43,691 nucleotides of DNA, from positions 1 to 43,691 of the IMG/VR virus record IMGVR_UViG_3300020045_007943; one strand, given 5' to 3'. The stretch comes from a virus. Lineage: Duplodnaviria; Caudoviricetes. Shown here piece after piece: positions 9,368 to 18,309 of this stretch (position 1 is its first letter; each line of letters opens with the position of its first letter). Below the pieces are notes generated by a model that was not told the origin of the DNA, did not search any database, and was given only the letters and a program-made list of their open reading frames with translations. Both the position numbers and the translations under genes were made by a program.

Positions 9368-9859
9368 ATGGAGAATACAAAACCTCAGTACATAGTAATA
9401 GCTGAATTCCCGAATAACAAGGATTTCCCTATTGGAAAGTTAATAGATTTTACGCCTTGGAATGGTACCCATTGGCAGCATGTTGTAAACGATTGCCAAG
9501 GGGAAAGAATGTGGCTTTCTGATTATTTTGAAAAATATCCACACTTATTTGCTAAAGTTGATGATTTAGGCAATATCCCCGATTATCAAATGTATGACGC
9601 TATCCTGCCTGCCTTTCAAAAGTATATGCGTAAAGAACTGGAATCTAATTACAAAAAGGGCGACAGATCAGGCGCAGGCGGATGGCTTCAGGTTAAAGAA
9701 AATAAATTTTGGCTAAACGAACTTTACTATCATGTGGGCAAATTGCAATCGGCTTTGATGTCTGATGATATTGATAGGGTGAAAGAAAACACTGCGGATA
9801 TTGCTAATTTGTCAATGATGCTTTTAGACGTTAAAATAAATCTTTTAGGCAATGACTAA
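9368..9859 (+). CDS. Hypothetical protein with possible MazG-like C-terminal helical domain
   Basis: C-terminal ENTADIANLSMML resembles the ExADV motif of all-alpha NTP pyrophosphohydrolases. Confidence 0.45.
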   Translation: MENTKPQYIVIAEFPNNKDFPIGKLIDFTPWNGTHWQHVVNDCQGERMWLSDYFEKYPHLFAKVDDLGNIPDYQMYDAILPAFQKYMRKELESNYKKGDRSGAGGWLQVKENKFWLNELYYHVGKLQSALMSDDIDRVKENTADIANLSMMLLDVKINLLGND

Positions 9860-10325
9860 CCCACTAACAAAAACAGAAGCGGCTTTGCTGTATGGTTACG
9901 GCTATAGGCTGGTGGATAAAGAATGCGAATGGGATATAATTCAAGTTGGCGGCGGCGGATTAACAATTGTTAGAGTTAGCGGTCAAATGCCGAGATTTAT
10001 ATCGTTTTCAAGTATCGGCACCGATTACCACGTACTCGTACATCCCCTTTCAAGACTAACAACCGAAATAGAAGGGATAGGGGTGCCGATTGTGGAGCTG
10101 GCGGCCATTTCATTCCCTAAAGAAGATTTTACTTTAATTAAAGATGTGGCTGGATGCTTTGATTTCGACTTTGGTTATATAAACGATGACTTTGTATCGG
10201 TTGGATATGATTATAAAAGCGTACCTGTAAAAAACATAAGAGGCCTATTCGCCCAAATGTACGCTTGGCACTTCGACTGCTGCAATTTTCTTGAACGTGG
10301 AATAGGTAAAGAGATAACGGTATGA
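9852..10325 (+). CDS. Hypothetical phage protein
   Basis: LVHPLSRLTTEI...WHFD..FLERGIG pattern. Confidence 0.7.
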   Translation: MTNPLTKTEAALLYGYGYRLVDKECEWDIIQVGGGGLTIVRVSGQMPRFISFSSIGTDYHVLVHPLSRLTTEIEGIGVPIVELAAISFPKEDFTLIKDVAGCFDFDFGYINDDFVSVGYDYKSVPVKNIRGLFAQMYAWHFDCCNFLERGIGKEITV

Positions 10326-10516
10326 GCAATAAAGGCAGGATATACCACAAGTTCGACCCAATAACAGAAACATGTACGGTATGTGGCGTAATAAAAAGGA
10401 ATGTGTATTTAGTAGGAAGCGGGTATAATCCAAATCTAAAAAAAATGATGGGTTCGGAGTACTCTATTAACGGAATAAATTTTATAAAAAAATATATAAA
10501 CTGTAAAAACAAATAA
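10322..10516 (+). CDS. Small putative zinc-binding protein
   Basis: H...CTVCG...C arrangement. Confidence 0.5.
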   Translation: MSNKGRIYHKFDPITETCTVCGVIKRNVYLVGSGYNPNLKKMMGSEYSINGINFIKKYINCKNK

Positions 10517-10660
10517 TATTATGGACAAGCAAGCAGAAGCATTAAAAGAGTTTTTAGAAAGGCACGATATGCTATTCTCATTTGAGTGTTTTTTAGAATC
10601 TGAGGACTTGACACTTGAAGATTATGGGATTTGTGATGATAATACCGAAGAAAACTAACC

Positions 10661-11089
10661 ATGAAACAAACATTCACAAAAGAAAGCATTTCTATAAATG
10701 ATGGGGAAATTGAAATATGGGATGGAGAAACCCTTATTGGTGCAAGTGAGACGTTTTTATGGAAGCACGTTGATTGCATTATTTTAGACCGTACGGAGTT
10801 TGTGAAGCCGGTGGATGTGGAGAAATTAGCACACATCAATAGTGAGAAGTATTACTTCAGTGGTGCGCCTAAATCTGCCGCCTTTGGTTCGTTTATGGAA
10901 GGCTACAACGCCAACCCTAACGAGTTTACAAGGGAGGATATGGAACTCGCATTTAAAGCGGGATGCCTAACAAAAACCGAAGTAGGTTGGTCTGGATTTG
11001 GCGAATTTATTAACAACCTGCGCCCCCTTTCAATCCCAGAACAAGTAACAATTGAAAATAACAAGGTAATTAGTGTAGTATGGAAGTAG
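10661..11089 (+). CDS. Hypothetical protein
   Basis: ORF in coupled operon. Confidence 0.7.
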   Translation: MKQTFTKESISINDGEIEIWDGETLIGASETFLWKHVDCIILDRTEFVKPVDVEKLAHINSEKYYFSGAPKSAAFGSFMEGYNANPNEFTREDMELAFKAGCLTKTEVGWSGFGEFINNLRPLSIPEQVTIENNKVISVVWK

Positions 11090-11490
11090 CGAAAATAACA
11101 CCAGACGAATTAATGTGCGGGAACTTGGTTACCGGCGTGTACGATGATGGAGAAGCTGAGCAGCGTATACTATGTACAGTTACTGGGTACGACCCTTACG
11201 AATTTGGTATATATGTGGAATCCGATAATGAAGATATCGAGCGTTACGATTCTTTCGAGAGCATACCAATAACCGAAGATTGGTTAATCAAGTTGGGTTT
11301 TGATTATTACCCAGAAAATCAAAGCTACCAACTTGATACAAATTTAGGCTTTAATCTTTGGGGTAGAGATGGAATTATAAATATCTATTCAGAGTACAGT
11401 GATCAGATTGGCGAAGATATGCTTTTCATTCATCAAATTCAGAACTGCGTATTTGCCCTCACACAACAACCTTTAACTATTAAGAAATGA
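11080..11490 (+). CDS. Hypothetical phage protein
   Basis: ELMCGNLV...IPITEDWLIKLGF...IHQIQN pattern typical of Bacteroidota phage ORFs. Confidence 0.75.
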   Translation: MEVAKITPDELMCGNLVTGVYDDGEAEQRILCTVTGYDPYEFGIYVESDNEDIERYDSFESIPITEDWLIKLGFDYYPENQSYQLDTNLGFNLWGRDGIINIYSEYSDQIGEDMLFIHQIQNCVFALTQQPLTIKK

Positions 11491-11831
11491 GCCAGACAGA
11501 AACACACATCGGAAAACTCCGCAAAGTACAAACTGAATTATCAGTTGAAGAATGGTGCAAAGCGCGCCTTAACGCTAATGGCGTGACTGAAATGCCATCT
11601 TATAATAAAACATGGAAAGAAACTCTTATCGATCATGAAAATGACAATATATTTTTTATTGATGATGAAGTATGGGAAGCGGTAGAGCGAAAAGAATTAG
11701 AGGAGGGCGAAGATATTAACCACTTTCAGCTTAATGATGATGGCACGATAAGCTTTGTCACTCAATTTTATAACGGTGCCACCTACTTAGCCGAATGCAT
11801 TGAGGACGGACTTAAATCTATTAAGAAATGA
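11487..11831 (+). CDS. Hypothetical protein
   Basis: ATGA-coupled ORF. Confidence 0.7.
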   Translation: MSQTETHIGKLRKVQTELSVEEWCKARLNANGVTEMPSYNKTWKETLIDHENDNIFFIDDEVWEAVERKELEEGEDINHFQLNDDGTISFVTQFYNGATYLAECIEDGLKSIKK

Positions 11832-12136
11832 AACAAACCGCATTACAGCAGCTTATCGAAAGGCTATATGAACGCTTTGAGCACGATAAGGCCATTTACG
11901 AAAAGCTACAGCAAAAAGAAAATTTTGATATTCGCCAGCTTGAAAAAGCAAAAGGCAAGTGGCACAGTTCCCGCGATGCCTGGAAGACCGCGTGTGAGTT
12001 TCTTGAAATAGAAAAGCAGGATATAATTGAGGCTTACCGTGCAGGCGATGAAGCGGAATACCAATACTTAGTTAAGGGTAAGCCATTCATCAAAATTACA
12101 GAGGAACAATACTACACCAAAACATTTAAAAAATGA
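11828..12136 (+). CDS. Hypothetical protein
   Basis: MKQTA...EKQDIIEAY...EQYY pattern; ATGA-coupled. Confidence 0.7.
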   Translation: MKQTALQQLIERLYERFEHDKAIYEKLQQKENFDIRQLEKAKGKWHSSRDAWKTACEFLEIEKQDIIEAYRAGDEAEYQYLVKGKPFIKITEEQYYTKTFKK

Positions 12137-12333
12137 CAAAATCAATTAGAAACGAATTACAAGAAACCCTTAATGAAGATGATGAATGCTATATTCTGCT
12201 TACCGATGAACAGATTTGCGATTACATTTCAGAGAACGGTAACGGATTCTATGAATTTCACGCAGCCGACATAAACCGATTGGTTGTGGAATGTATGAGA
12301 ATGAAAGAATTATTAAACATAACCGAAATTTAG
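12133..12333 (+). CDS. Small acidic hypothetical protein
   Basis: ATGA-coupled ORF. Confidence 0.6.
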   Translation: MTKSIRNELQETLNEDDECYILLTDEQICDYISENGNGFYEFHAADINRLVVECMRMKELLNITEI

Positions 12334-12335
12334 CA

Positions 12336-12785
12336 ATGACAAACGAACAACTAAAACAGCAAGCCATACAGGAGGCGTATGGGGACAAATATAAACGGTT
12401 AAGCCCTTTTATAGACAAAGAAGGTTATTGCATAATGTACGATGACAAAGGCGAAAAGATAAGCCCTAATTTTAATGAATTAGGCTTTACTCAGGAATAT
12501 GTACAGGAGCATTTATGCTCAGGTTTGTTTGCTAATGGATTGCTACAATGGCGCCCTAAATCTCTTTCAGGCCTTCAGAATAACAACGGTTGGACGCGCA
12601 TAGAGCAGTATGGCAGTAATTTGCCTGCTAAATTTGGTAAATATCAACCTGGATTATTAGGCGAAGATGGCACATGGACACAATTTTCAGAAATAATGGA
12701 CATGGACGAACTTATTGAATATGCTTGTGCAGGTCAAATCACCCACTACCGCCCAGTAGTTGAACACCCTAAACCTGTGTATTAA
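12336..12785 (+). CDS. Hypothetical protein with DUF551-like C-terminus
   Basis: GWTRIE...LP...ITHYRPV; start taken at MTNEQ. Confidence 0.65.
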   Translation: MTNEQLKQQAIQEAYGDKYKRLSPFIDKEGYCIMYDDKGEKISPNFNELGFTQEYVQEHLCSGLFANGLLQWRPKSLSGLQNNNGWTRIEQYGSNLPAKFGKYQPGLLGEDGTWTQFSEIMDMDELIEYACAGQITHYRPVVEHPKPVY

Positions 12786-12786
12786 G

Positions 12787-13038
12787 ATGACCCGATCACA
12801 ACAAATAATTATAAACAGGATTGCCGATATAGATGATCCTGTTTTATTAAATGAAATAGCTACCGTTATTGCCAGGTATGATACAATTTATGTAAGGTAC
12901 TATAAACTAAAGAAGGGCTTCTACGAGGTTAAGGCAAGATTTAGGGGTGTTGATAAATACTTAATGAGAGCTACATCTGAACAACACGCTAAAAAAATAA
13001 AAGCACATTATGAACTACACGGAAATATCAAAATATAA
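12787..13038 (+). CDS. Hypothetical protein
   Basis: Start taken at MTRSQQ. Confidence 0.6.
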   Translation: MTRSQQIIINRIADIDDPVLLNEIATVIARYDTIYVRYYKLKKGFYEVKARFRGVDKYLMRATSEQHAKKIKAHYELHGNIKI

Positions 13039-13573
13039 AGAAGCTGCCATTAAAATATATGGCACAGATCCACTATTAAAAAATAGGGAGACAATGACTG
13101 TATGGGGACGTTATGCAATAATTCAGTCTCTAATTCAAGAGGGCTTAGGTGTTCTTAATGCCGGTAAGGAGTTATCGTTATCTCATTGCACAGTAATTCA
13201 CGGACGTAAAAAACACGAATCATTATATGGAACCGATAAATATTACAGAAATCTTTACGATAAGTATAGTTTGCTTTTTGATAGAAAAAAATGTTATATA
13301 GCGGGAAAAATAACAGGGCTATCTAAAAAAGAATACATTAAAATCTTTGATGATGCAGAGCAAAAAGTGCTGAAACTTAATATGTACCCCATAAACCCCA
13401 CAAAGCTAAAACATGACCATGATAAAAGCTGGGAGAGTTATATGCGTGAATGTGTAACTGCTTTGACCGGATGTTCATTTATATATGCACTGCCTAACTA
13501 CAAGGATAGTAAAGGCGCTATGATAGAAGTTCAACTGGCTATCGATTTAAAAATACCCGTTATATACGAATAA
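13010..13573 (+). CDS. DnaA-C-terminal-like HTH fused to DUF4406 (nucleoside deoxyribosyltransferase-like fold)
   Basis: GKELSLSHCTVIHGRKK HTH; YIAGKITG...PINP...W.SYMREC...SKGAMIE. Confidence 0.75.
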   Translation: MNYTEISKYKEAAIKIYGTDPLLKNRETMTVWGRYAIIQSLIQEGLGVLNAGKELSLSHCTVIHGRKKHESLYGTDKYYRNLYDKYSLLFDRKKCYIAGKITGLSKKEYIKIFDDAEQKVLKLNMYPINPTKLKHDHDKSWESYMRECVTALTGCSFIYALPNYKDSKGAMIEVQLAIDLKIPVIYE

Positions 13574-13611
13574 AAATTAACCATTTTTGCGGATTAAGAA
13601 AAAAGGTTTTG

Positions 13612-13673
13612 TATATTTGTAATAGATAAAGCCCGATGTAATATTCGGGTTTAATTTAATTTATTTTGTAATA
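13612..13673 (+). promoter_or_regulatory. Promoter (-7 box) followed by a hairpin and TGTAATA repeats
   Basis: TATATTTG at 13612-13619; AAAGCCCGA...TCGGGTTT hairpin; TGTAATA at 13618, 13637, 13667. Confidence 0.65.
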
Positions 13674-13686
13674 AAAACATACAGTA

Positions 13687-13845
13687 ATGATAAGTTTAAA
13701 GCAAAGAATAAAAAATAAAGGGTTAAAAATAACATGGATAGCCGAGCAAATTAAAGTTAGTCAACCAGCACTATCTATGTACCTTAACGGAACCAGGGAT
13801 ATGCCTAATGATGTTAAGCAGCGTATAGAGAAAATAATAGCTTAG
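13687..13845 (+). CDS. Cro-like XRE HTH regulator (52 aa, not in ORF track)
   Basis: MISLKQRIKNKGLKITWIAEQIKVSQPALSMYLNGTRDMP. Confidence 0.85.
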   Translation: MISLKQRIKNKGLKITWIAEQIKVSQPALSMYLNGTRDMPNDVKQRIEKIIA

Positions 13846-13897
13846 TTTTTTTAGCTAAAAAATGTAATAAAAATATAACCAACAAATCTATAAAATA

Positions 13898-14218
13898 ATG
13901 TATAATAATTCAGGATTCAGATTTTATTATGATAAGGATATAGAGTACTTATTGAAAGAAGAGATAGAACGGTTATCCGGGTACTTTGCTTTAACATATT
14001 CTAAAAGAAGGCTTAGAATGTATGCGAATAATTATTGTAGGGATATGCGTAAAATTCTTATTAAGGAAAACACGATGTGTAATTTTTGCTTTACGGTAGA
14101 TAATCTTACTATAGACCATATTATACCCATATCTAAAGGTGGTGAAAACGAAATGGAAAATCTTCAGGTTCTATGCAAAAAATGCAATAGAGCTAAATCT
14201 GATAAAGTATTAAATTAA
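13898..14218 (+). CDS. HNH endonuclease
   Basis: CNFC...LTIDHIIPISKGG.N..NLQVLCKKCNRAK. Confidence 0.92.
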   Translation: MYNNSGFRFYYDKDIEYLLKEEIERLSGYFALTYSKRRLRMYANNYCRDMRKILIKENTMCNFCFTVDNLTIDHIIPISKGGENEMENLQVLCKKCNRAKSDKVLN

Positions 14219-14224
14219 ATAAGC

Positions 14225-14947
14225 ATGGCAGAAAATAAAAAGTCATTCGTGTTGTATAGTGACGTAAAAGGAATGGTTGACCAGCTACCTGATGAGGTTG
14301 CGGGAAAGCTATTTAAGCACATATACGCTTACGTTAACGACGAAAACCCAGTATCAGATAACGTGTTGTTAAATATTGCTTTTGAGCCTATTAAAATGCA
14401 ATTGAAGCGTGATTTAATAAAGTGGCGTGATTCTGTTGAAGTTAAGTCTTACAATGGAAGGGTTGGCAATCTTAAGCGTTATAATCCCGACTTGTACAAT
14501 AGGTTTAACTCGGGTAAAATAACATTAGAAAAAGCCGAAGACATCGCTAAATCTCGCAAAGTGTCGCAAGGCGATAGTGAGCCATCGCAACCCGTCGCTA
14601 ATCTCGCTGTAAATGATAATGTAACTGTTAATGTAATAAATAAAGAGAAGGCTACGCCGCAGTCTATCGACTGGTCGGTTCTTATTTTACAGTTTAATGA
14701 AATAACAGGAAAGAAAACAATAACTGTTCCTGAAAAAGCTAAAAAGCAATTTATAGCACGTCTTAAGGATGGTTACACAAAGCAAAATATTTTAGATGCT
14801 ATTATAAATTGTGCTAAAGATCCATATCACATTGAAAATGGACTTAAGCACCTAACTTATGAATTTATAAGCCGACCTGATAAGATGGAAAAGTTTTGCA
14901 CTATGCAGCCGGTTAAATTACCAAAACCAAAACAAGACAAACTATGA
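14225..14947 (+). CDS. Replication initiator (DUF6291-like N-terminus, conserved phage C-terminal domain)
   Basis: KSFVLYSD...LPDEVAGKLFKHIYAY; C-terminal ARLKDGYT...EFISRPDKMEKF; internal iterons. Confidence 0.78.
   Translation: MAENKKSFVLYSDVKGMVDQLPDEVAGKLFKHIYAYVNDENPVSDNVLLNIAFEPIKMQLKRDLIKWRDSVEVKSYNGRVGNLKRYNPDLYNRFNSGKITLEKAEDIAKSRKVSQGDSEPSQPVANLAVNDNVTVNVINKEKATPQSIDWSVLILQFNEITGKKTITVPEKAKKQFIARLKDGYTKQNILDAIINCAKDPYHIENGLKHLTYEFISRPDKMEKFCTMQPVKLPKPKQDKL
14541..14645. repeat. Putative replication origin: phased TCGC repeats plus AT-rich tract
   Basis: TCGC at 14544, 14554, 14564, 14585, 14595, 14604 and inverted GCGA at 14571. Confidence 0.7.
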
Positions 14948-15483
14948 CAATCGAAAAAGCAATGCAAAGAATGTTTTGGCGCATACAAAACGGAAAATTC
15001 GAGCCTAACGAAAATGACCTGCAAAGTATAACTTTTATAGCTGAATGGATTAATAGGGAAAAACAGATTAGAATTAATCAAAACAGATATTTTGGAAAAA
15101 TATTAATATATACACTAATGCGTGAAATTGACTTCTTTGAGGACAGCAATTTAGCGGAGGTTAAAATACATGACATACTTAATCATCCAATAAATTACTG
15201 GTATGATAGATTTAGACTTTTATGTGTTACAAGAGAATTAACCATCAATCTTGAAATTTTAGGAATAGATCACATTACAAAAATATGGGATAGGAATAAG
15301 GATAACAACGGCTACCTGGATGTTGAAAAAATACAACAAGAGGGTAAGGAAAGTGATAGGCTATTAAATGAAAATAAAGAAGCCCTTATAAAATCGATTA
15401 ACCTATGGTCTCAAAAAGAAGTTAACGATAAGCTAAATAATTTTATAAGTGAATTACTTAACGAATACGGTAACATGCCATGA
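14944..15483 (+). CDS. Hypothetical protein in replication block
   Basis: ATGA-coupled between initiator and ATPase. Confidence 0.7.
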   Translation: MTIEKAMQRMFWRIQNGKFEPNENDLQSITFIAEWINREKQIRINQNRYFGKILIYTLMREIDFFEDSNLAEVKIHDILNHPINYWYDRFRLLCVTRELTINLEILGIDHITKIWDRNKDNNGYLDVEKIQQEGKESDRLLNENKEALIKSINLWSQKEVNDKLNNFISELLNEYGNMP

Positions 15484-16376
15484 TTGATATACCTAAAATA
15501 ACCCTAAAAAAAGGTAGTGCTGAGGAAAAGCCAGTAATTGACTTTAAGTTAATTCACGACGCGCACTTTATAAATATTGAGGAGGTATTAAAGCCGCAGC
15601 CTGTTGCTATAAGCATAGGTGAGAGTCAATATAAAGGAAATTACTATCCGGTGTCATACGGTAGTTATGGGGATTTTAGTTGCATAGTTGGGGCATCAAA
15701 ATCTAAAAAAACGTTTTTAAAATCTATGATTACAGCTGGCTATATTGGGGGTAACTCAAATCAATTTGCGGAACAGATAAAAGGGCATAATACAGGAGGA
15801 AAATTCATTATAGACTTTGATACTGAACAATCCGAATATCACTCACAACGTGTTTTTAGGCGTGTTATTGAAATGGTAGGATGCAATACTGAAATGTACC
15901 GGCCATTTTCGTTACGAAAACTATCCGCTAATGAAAGATTAGATTTTATAAATTGGATATTTACAGAAAGCCAATACGCAGGTAAAATAGGCTTAGCCCT
16001 AATTGATGGCGTGGCCGATTTACTGAATGATGTTAACGACCTTGAGGCTTCTAACATGATTGCTCAAAAATTATTATCATGGAGCGCAGGAACTGAATTA
16101 TTGCAGCCTTGCCACATCATAACTGTACTACATAAAAACTTTGGTAGTGCAAAGCCTACAGGTCACTTAGGCAGTGCTGTTTTAAAGAAAGCAGAAAGCG
16201 TTATTTTTGTTGAAAAATTAGACTCAGGAGAAATTAAAGTAAGCCCTGAATACACACGTAACATTCCATTTGATGAATTTGTATTTGATGTAAATAATGA
16301 ATGGTTGCCTTATGTAGTGCCTTTTGATAGTATAAAGCAGGTTGATACAAAAAATAATAAAAATGCAAATTTCTAA
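15480..16376 (+). CDS. RecA-like/AAA_25 family ATPase, probable replicative helicase
   Basis: Walker A variant GASKSKKT, DTEQ, Walker B ALIDGVAD, VLH.N...GHLGS. Confidence 0.8.
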   Translation: MIDIPKITLKKGSAEEKPVIDFKLIHDAHFINIEEVLKPQPVAISIGESQYKGNYYPVSYGSYGDFSCIVGASKSKKTFLKSMITAGYIGGNSNQFAEQIKGHNTGGKFIIDFDTEQSEYHSQRVFRRVIEMVGCNTEMYRPFSLRKLSANERLDFINWIFTESQYAGKIGLALIDGVADLLNDVNDLEASNMIAQKLLSWSAGTELLQPCHIITVLHKNFGSAKPTGHLGSAVLKKAESVIFVEKLDSGEIKVSPEYTRNIPFDEFVFDVNNEWLPYVVPFDSIKQVDTKNNKNANF

Positions 16377-16876
16377 TGAACAAAGAAAATAAGAAACGCT
16401 TACATGATTTAGCCATACAGCACCTTAAGCAGAGATACCCATCATTCCCTGAATCTTTTATACCTGTACCGAAATACTCAGATAGTAGTGCAAACGCGCT
16501 TACAAAGACTATAGTAGAATTTCTACAATACAGTGGACACCAAGCAGAGCGGATTAACACGATGGGGAGGCCTATTGATAATAGAAAACAGGTTATAGAT
16601 GTTTTAGGAAGGAGCAGGACAATAGGCAGCATGGAGTGGGGTAAATCCACATCGACAAAAGGAAGTTCAGACATTTCATCAACAATATTTGGATATTCAG
16701 TAAAGATTGAGATTAAGTACGGAAAGGACAAACAAAGCAAAGACCAGGCAAAATATGCGGAATCAGTTAATAGCGCGGGTGGTGTTTATTTTATCGCTAC
16801 CGATTTTGATATGTTTATTTTGTGGTACGATGTAATTTCGGAAAAACTAAAGTCATTTAATCAAAAACTGTTTTGA
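16376..16876 (+). CDS. VRR-NUC-like PD-(D/E)xK nuclease (putative resolvase)
   Basis: GSSDI...VKIEIK..KDKQSKDQ...AGGVYFIA. Confidence 0.75.
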   Translation: MNKENKKRLHDLAIQHLKQRYPSFPESFIPVPKYSDSSANALTKTIVEFLQYSGHQAERINTMGRPIDNRKQVIDVLGRSRTIGSMEWGKSTSTKGSSDISSTIFGYSVKIEIKYGKDKQSKDQAKYAESVNSAGGVYFIATDFDMFILWYDVISEKLKSFNQKLF

Positions 16877-16948
16877 GCCCTCGGATTTGAATACAAAATA
16901 ATACGCAGCGTTGAAGAGTTTAAAACCTACATACAAGAAAAATTATGA
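16877..16948 (+). pseudogene. Remnant C-terminus of a second VRR-NUC-type gene
   Basis: In frame after the TGA: ALGFEYKIIRSVEEFKTYIQEKL*, ending in an ATGA overlap with the next gene. Confidence 0.55.
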
Positions 16949-17679
16949 GCATTAATATAACAAACGAAGATAATATGGACTTAATGAGCCGATACCCTGA
17001 TAAGTATTTTGATTTATTAAATGATGATCCACCATATTTTAGCGGGCCGAATAAAAGAAGATTTTACGGTTGTAAAGTGAATAAGTTAAACATAAAACGC
17101 AAAGATTATGATGTAATCGACAATTGGAGTGTACCGGATCAAAATTATTTTGAAGAAGCTAAGCGTTTGAGTAAAAACCAAATTATATGGGGCGCGAACT
17201 ATTATGATTTTATAGGCGAACCATTTAAAACCCCAAGAGGACAGGACATATACAAGTGGATAAAAGAAAATCCTATAGGCTGGATTATTTGGGATAAATG
17301 TAATGGTTCTTCATCATTTAACGATTATGAGTTAGCATGGACTTCTTTTGATATTCCAACATATATTTATAAATTTATGTGGAATGGTATGTTACAAGGA
17401 AAAAGTATGTTAGAAGGGCATATTATGCAGGGAGATAAAAGTCTTAATCAAAAAAAGATACACCCTACCGAAAAACCAATTCCACTATACGATTTTATCC
17501 ATAACAAATATACCGAACCAGGATTTAAAGTACTGAGTAATTATGTAGGTAGTGGTGCAGATGCAATAAGCTCTCTTAAATTTGACATTGAGTTTTATGG
17601 TGCCGAATATGACAAAACGATATATCAAAAAATGATGCGACGTTTAAGTGAACACCAAGCACAGGGTACGCTATGGTAA
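16945..17679 (+). CDS. DNA N6-adenine/N4-cytosine methyltransferase (beta class)
   Basis: DPPY near N-terminus, IIWDK, HPTEKP, YVGSG motif I variant. Confidence 0.9.
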   Translation: MSINITNEDNMDLMSRYPDKYFDLLNDDPPYFSGPNKRRFYGCKVNKLNIKRKDYDVIDNWSVPDQNYFEEAKRLSKNQIIWGANYYDFIGEPFKTPRGQDIYKWIKENPIGWIIWDKCNGSSSFNDYELAWTSFDIPTYIYKFMWNGMLQGKSMLEGHIMQGDKSLNQKKIHPTEKPIPLYDFIHNKYTEPGFKVLSNYVGSGADAISSLKFDIEFYGAEYDKTIYQKMMRRLSEHQAQGTLW

Positions 17680-17891
17680 CAGACCCCACAATAACCCATA
17701 CAGCACCCTCAGGACGCGCCTACAGGCTTATCTCAATAGAACAGCTAACAACACCCGCGAGCAAGTGGATAGAGGCTAAGAAAGCCTTTTGTAGCCATTG
17801 GAGAACTCTTATACAGTTCCATGACGATATGAGCCGGGTATGGCTGTACTACGATTATGAAGATAAATTTTATAAATTGGAAAACTTTTAA
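17673..17891 (+). CDS. Hypothetical protein
   Basis: Coupled ORF before terminase. Confidence 0.6.
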   Translation: MVTDPTITHTAPSGRAYRLISIEQLTTPASKWIEAKKAFCSHWRTLIQFHDDMSRVWLYYDYEDKFYKLENF

Positions 17892-17904
17892 TACATTTGG
17901 GGCT

Positions 17905-18309
17905 ATGGCAAGACCTTCAGAATACAATTTTGAAATGTGCATAACGATATGCGAAGAGGTGGCAAATGGTTTTAATATAAAAACTGTTTTGTCATCTAAG
18001 CCTGAATATCCCGACTTCTCTACTTGGTGCCGTTGGAAGCGTGAGCATACTGAATTACACAACCTATACGTAAACGCTATTCAGGACAAGGCCGAAAGTG
18101 TTGATGAGGAAATTGACGCTATAATGCATGAAGCAAGGCATGGTGGTATGGAGCCATCTATGGCAAACGTACTTATCCAAACCCTTAAATGGAAAGCTGC
18201 TAAATACTACCCAAAGATGTTTGGTGAGAAGGTACAGCAAGAACACTCAGGAGAGATAAAGGGTACAGGCAACAAGACAACAATAGTATTCAAAAAATTC
18301 AATGAGTAG
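17905..18309 (+). CDS. terS: Terminase small subunit
   Basis: MARPSEY...ICEEVANG...PDFSTWCRW...KWKAAK.YPKMFGEK (Sf6 gp1-like); precedes TerL. Confidence 0.88.
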   Translation: MARPSEYNFEMCITICEEVANGFNIKTVLSSKPEYPDFSTWCRWKREHTELHNLYVNAIQDKAESVDEEIDAIMHEARHGGMEPSMANVLIQTLKWKAAKYYPKMFGEKVQQEHSGEIKGTGNKTTIVFKKFNE

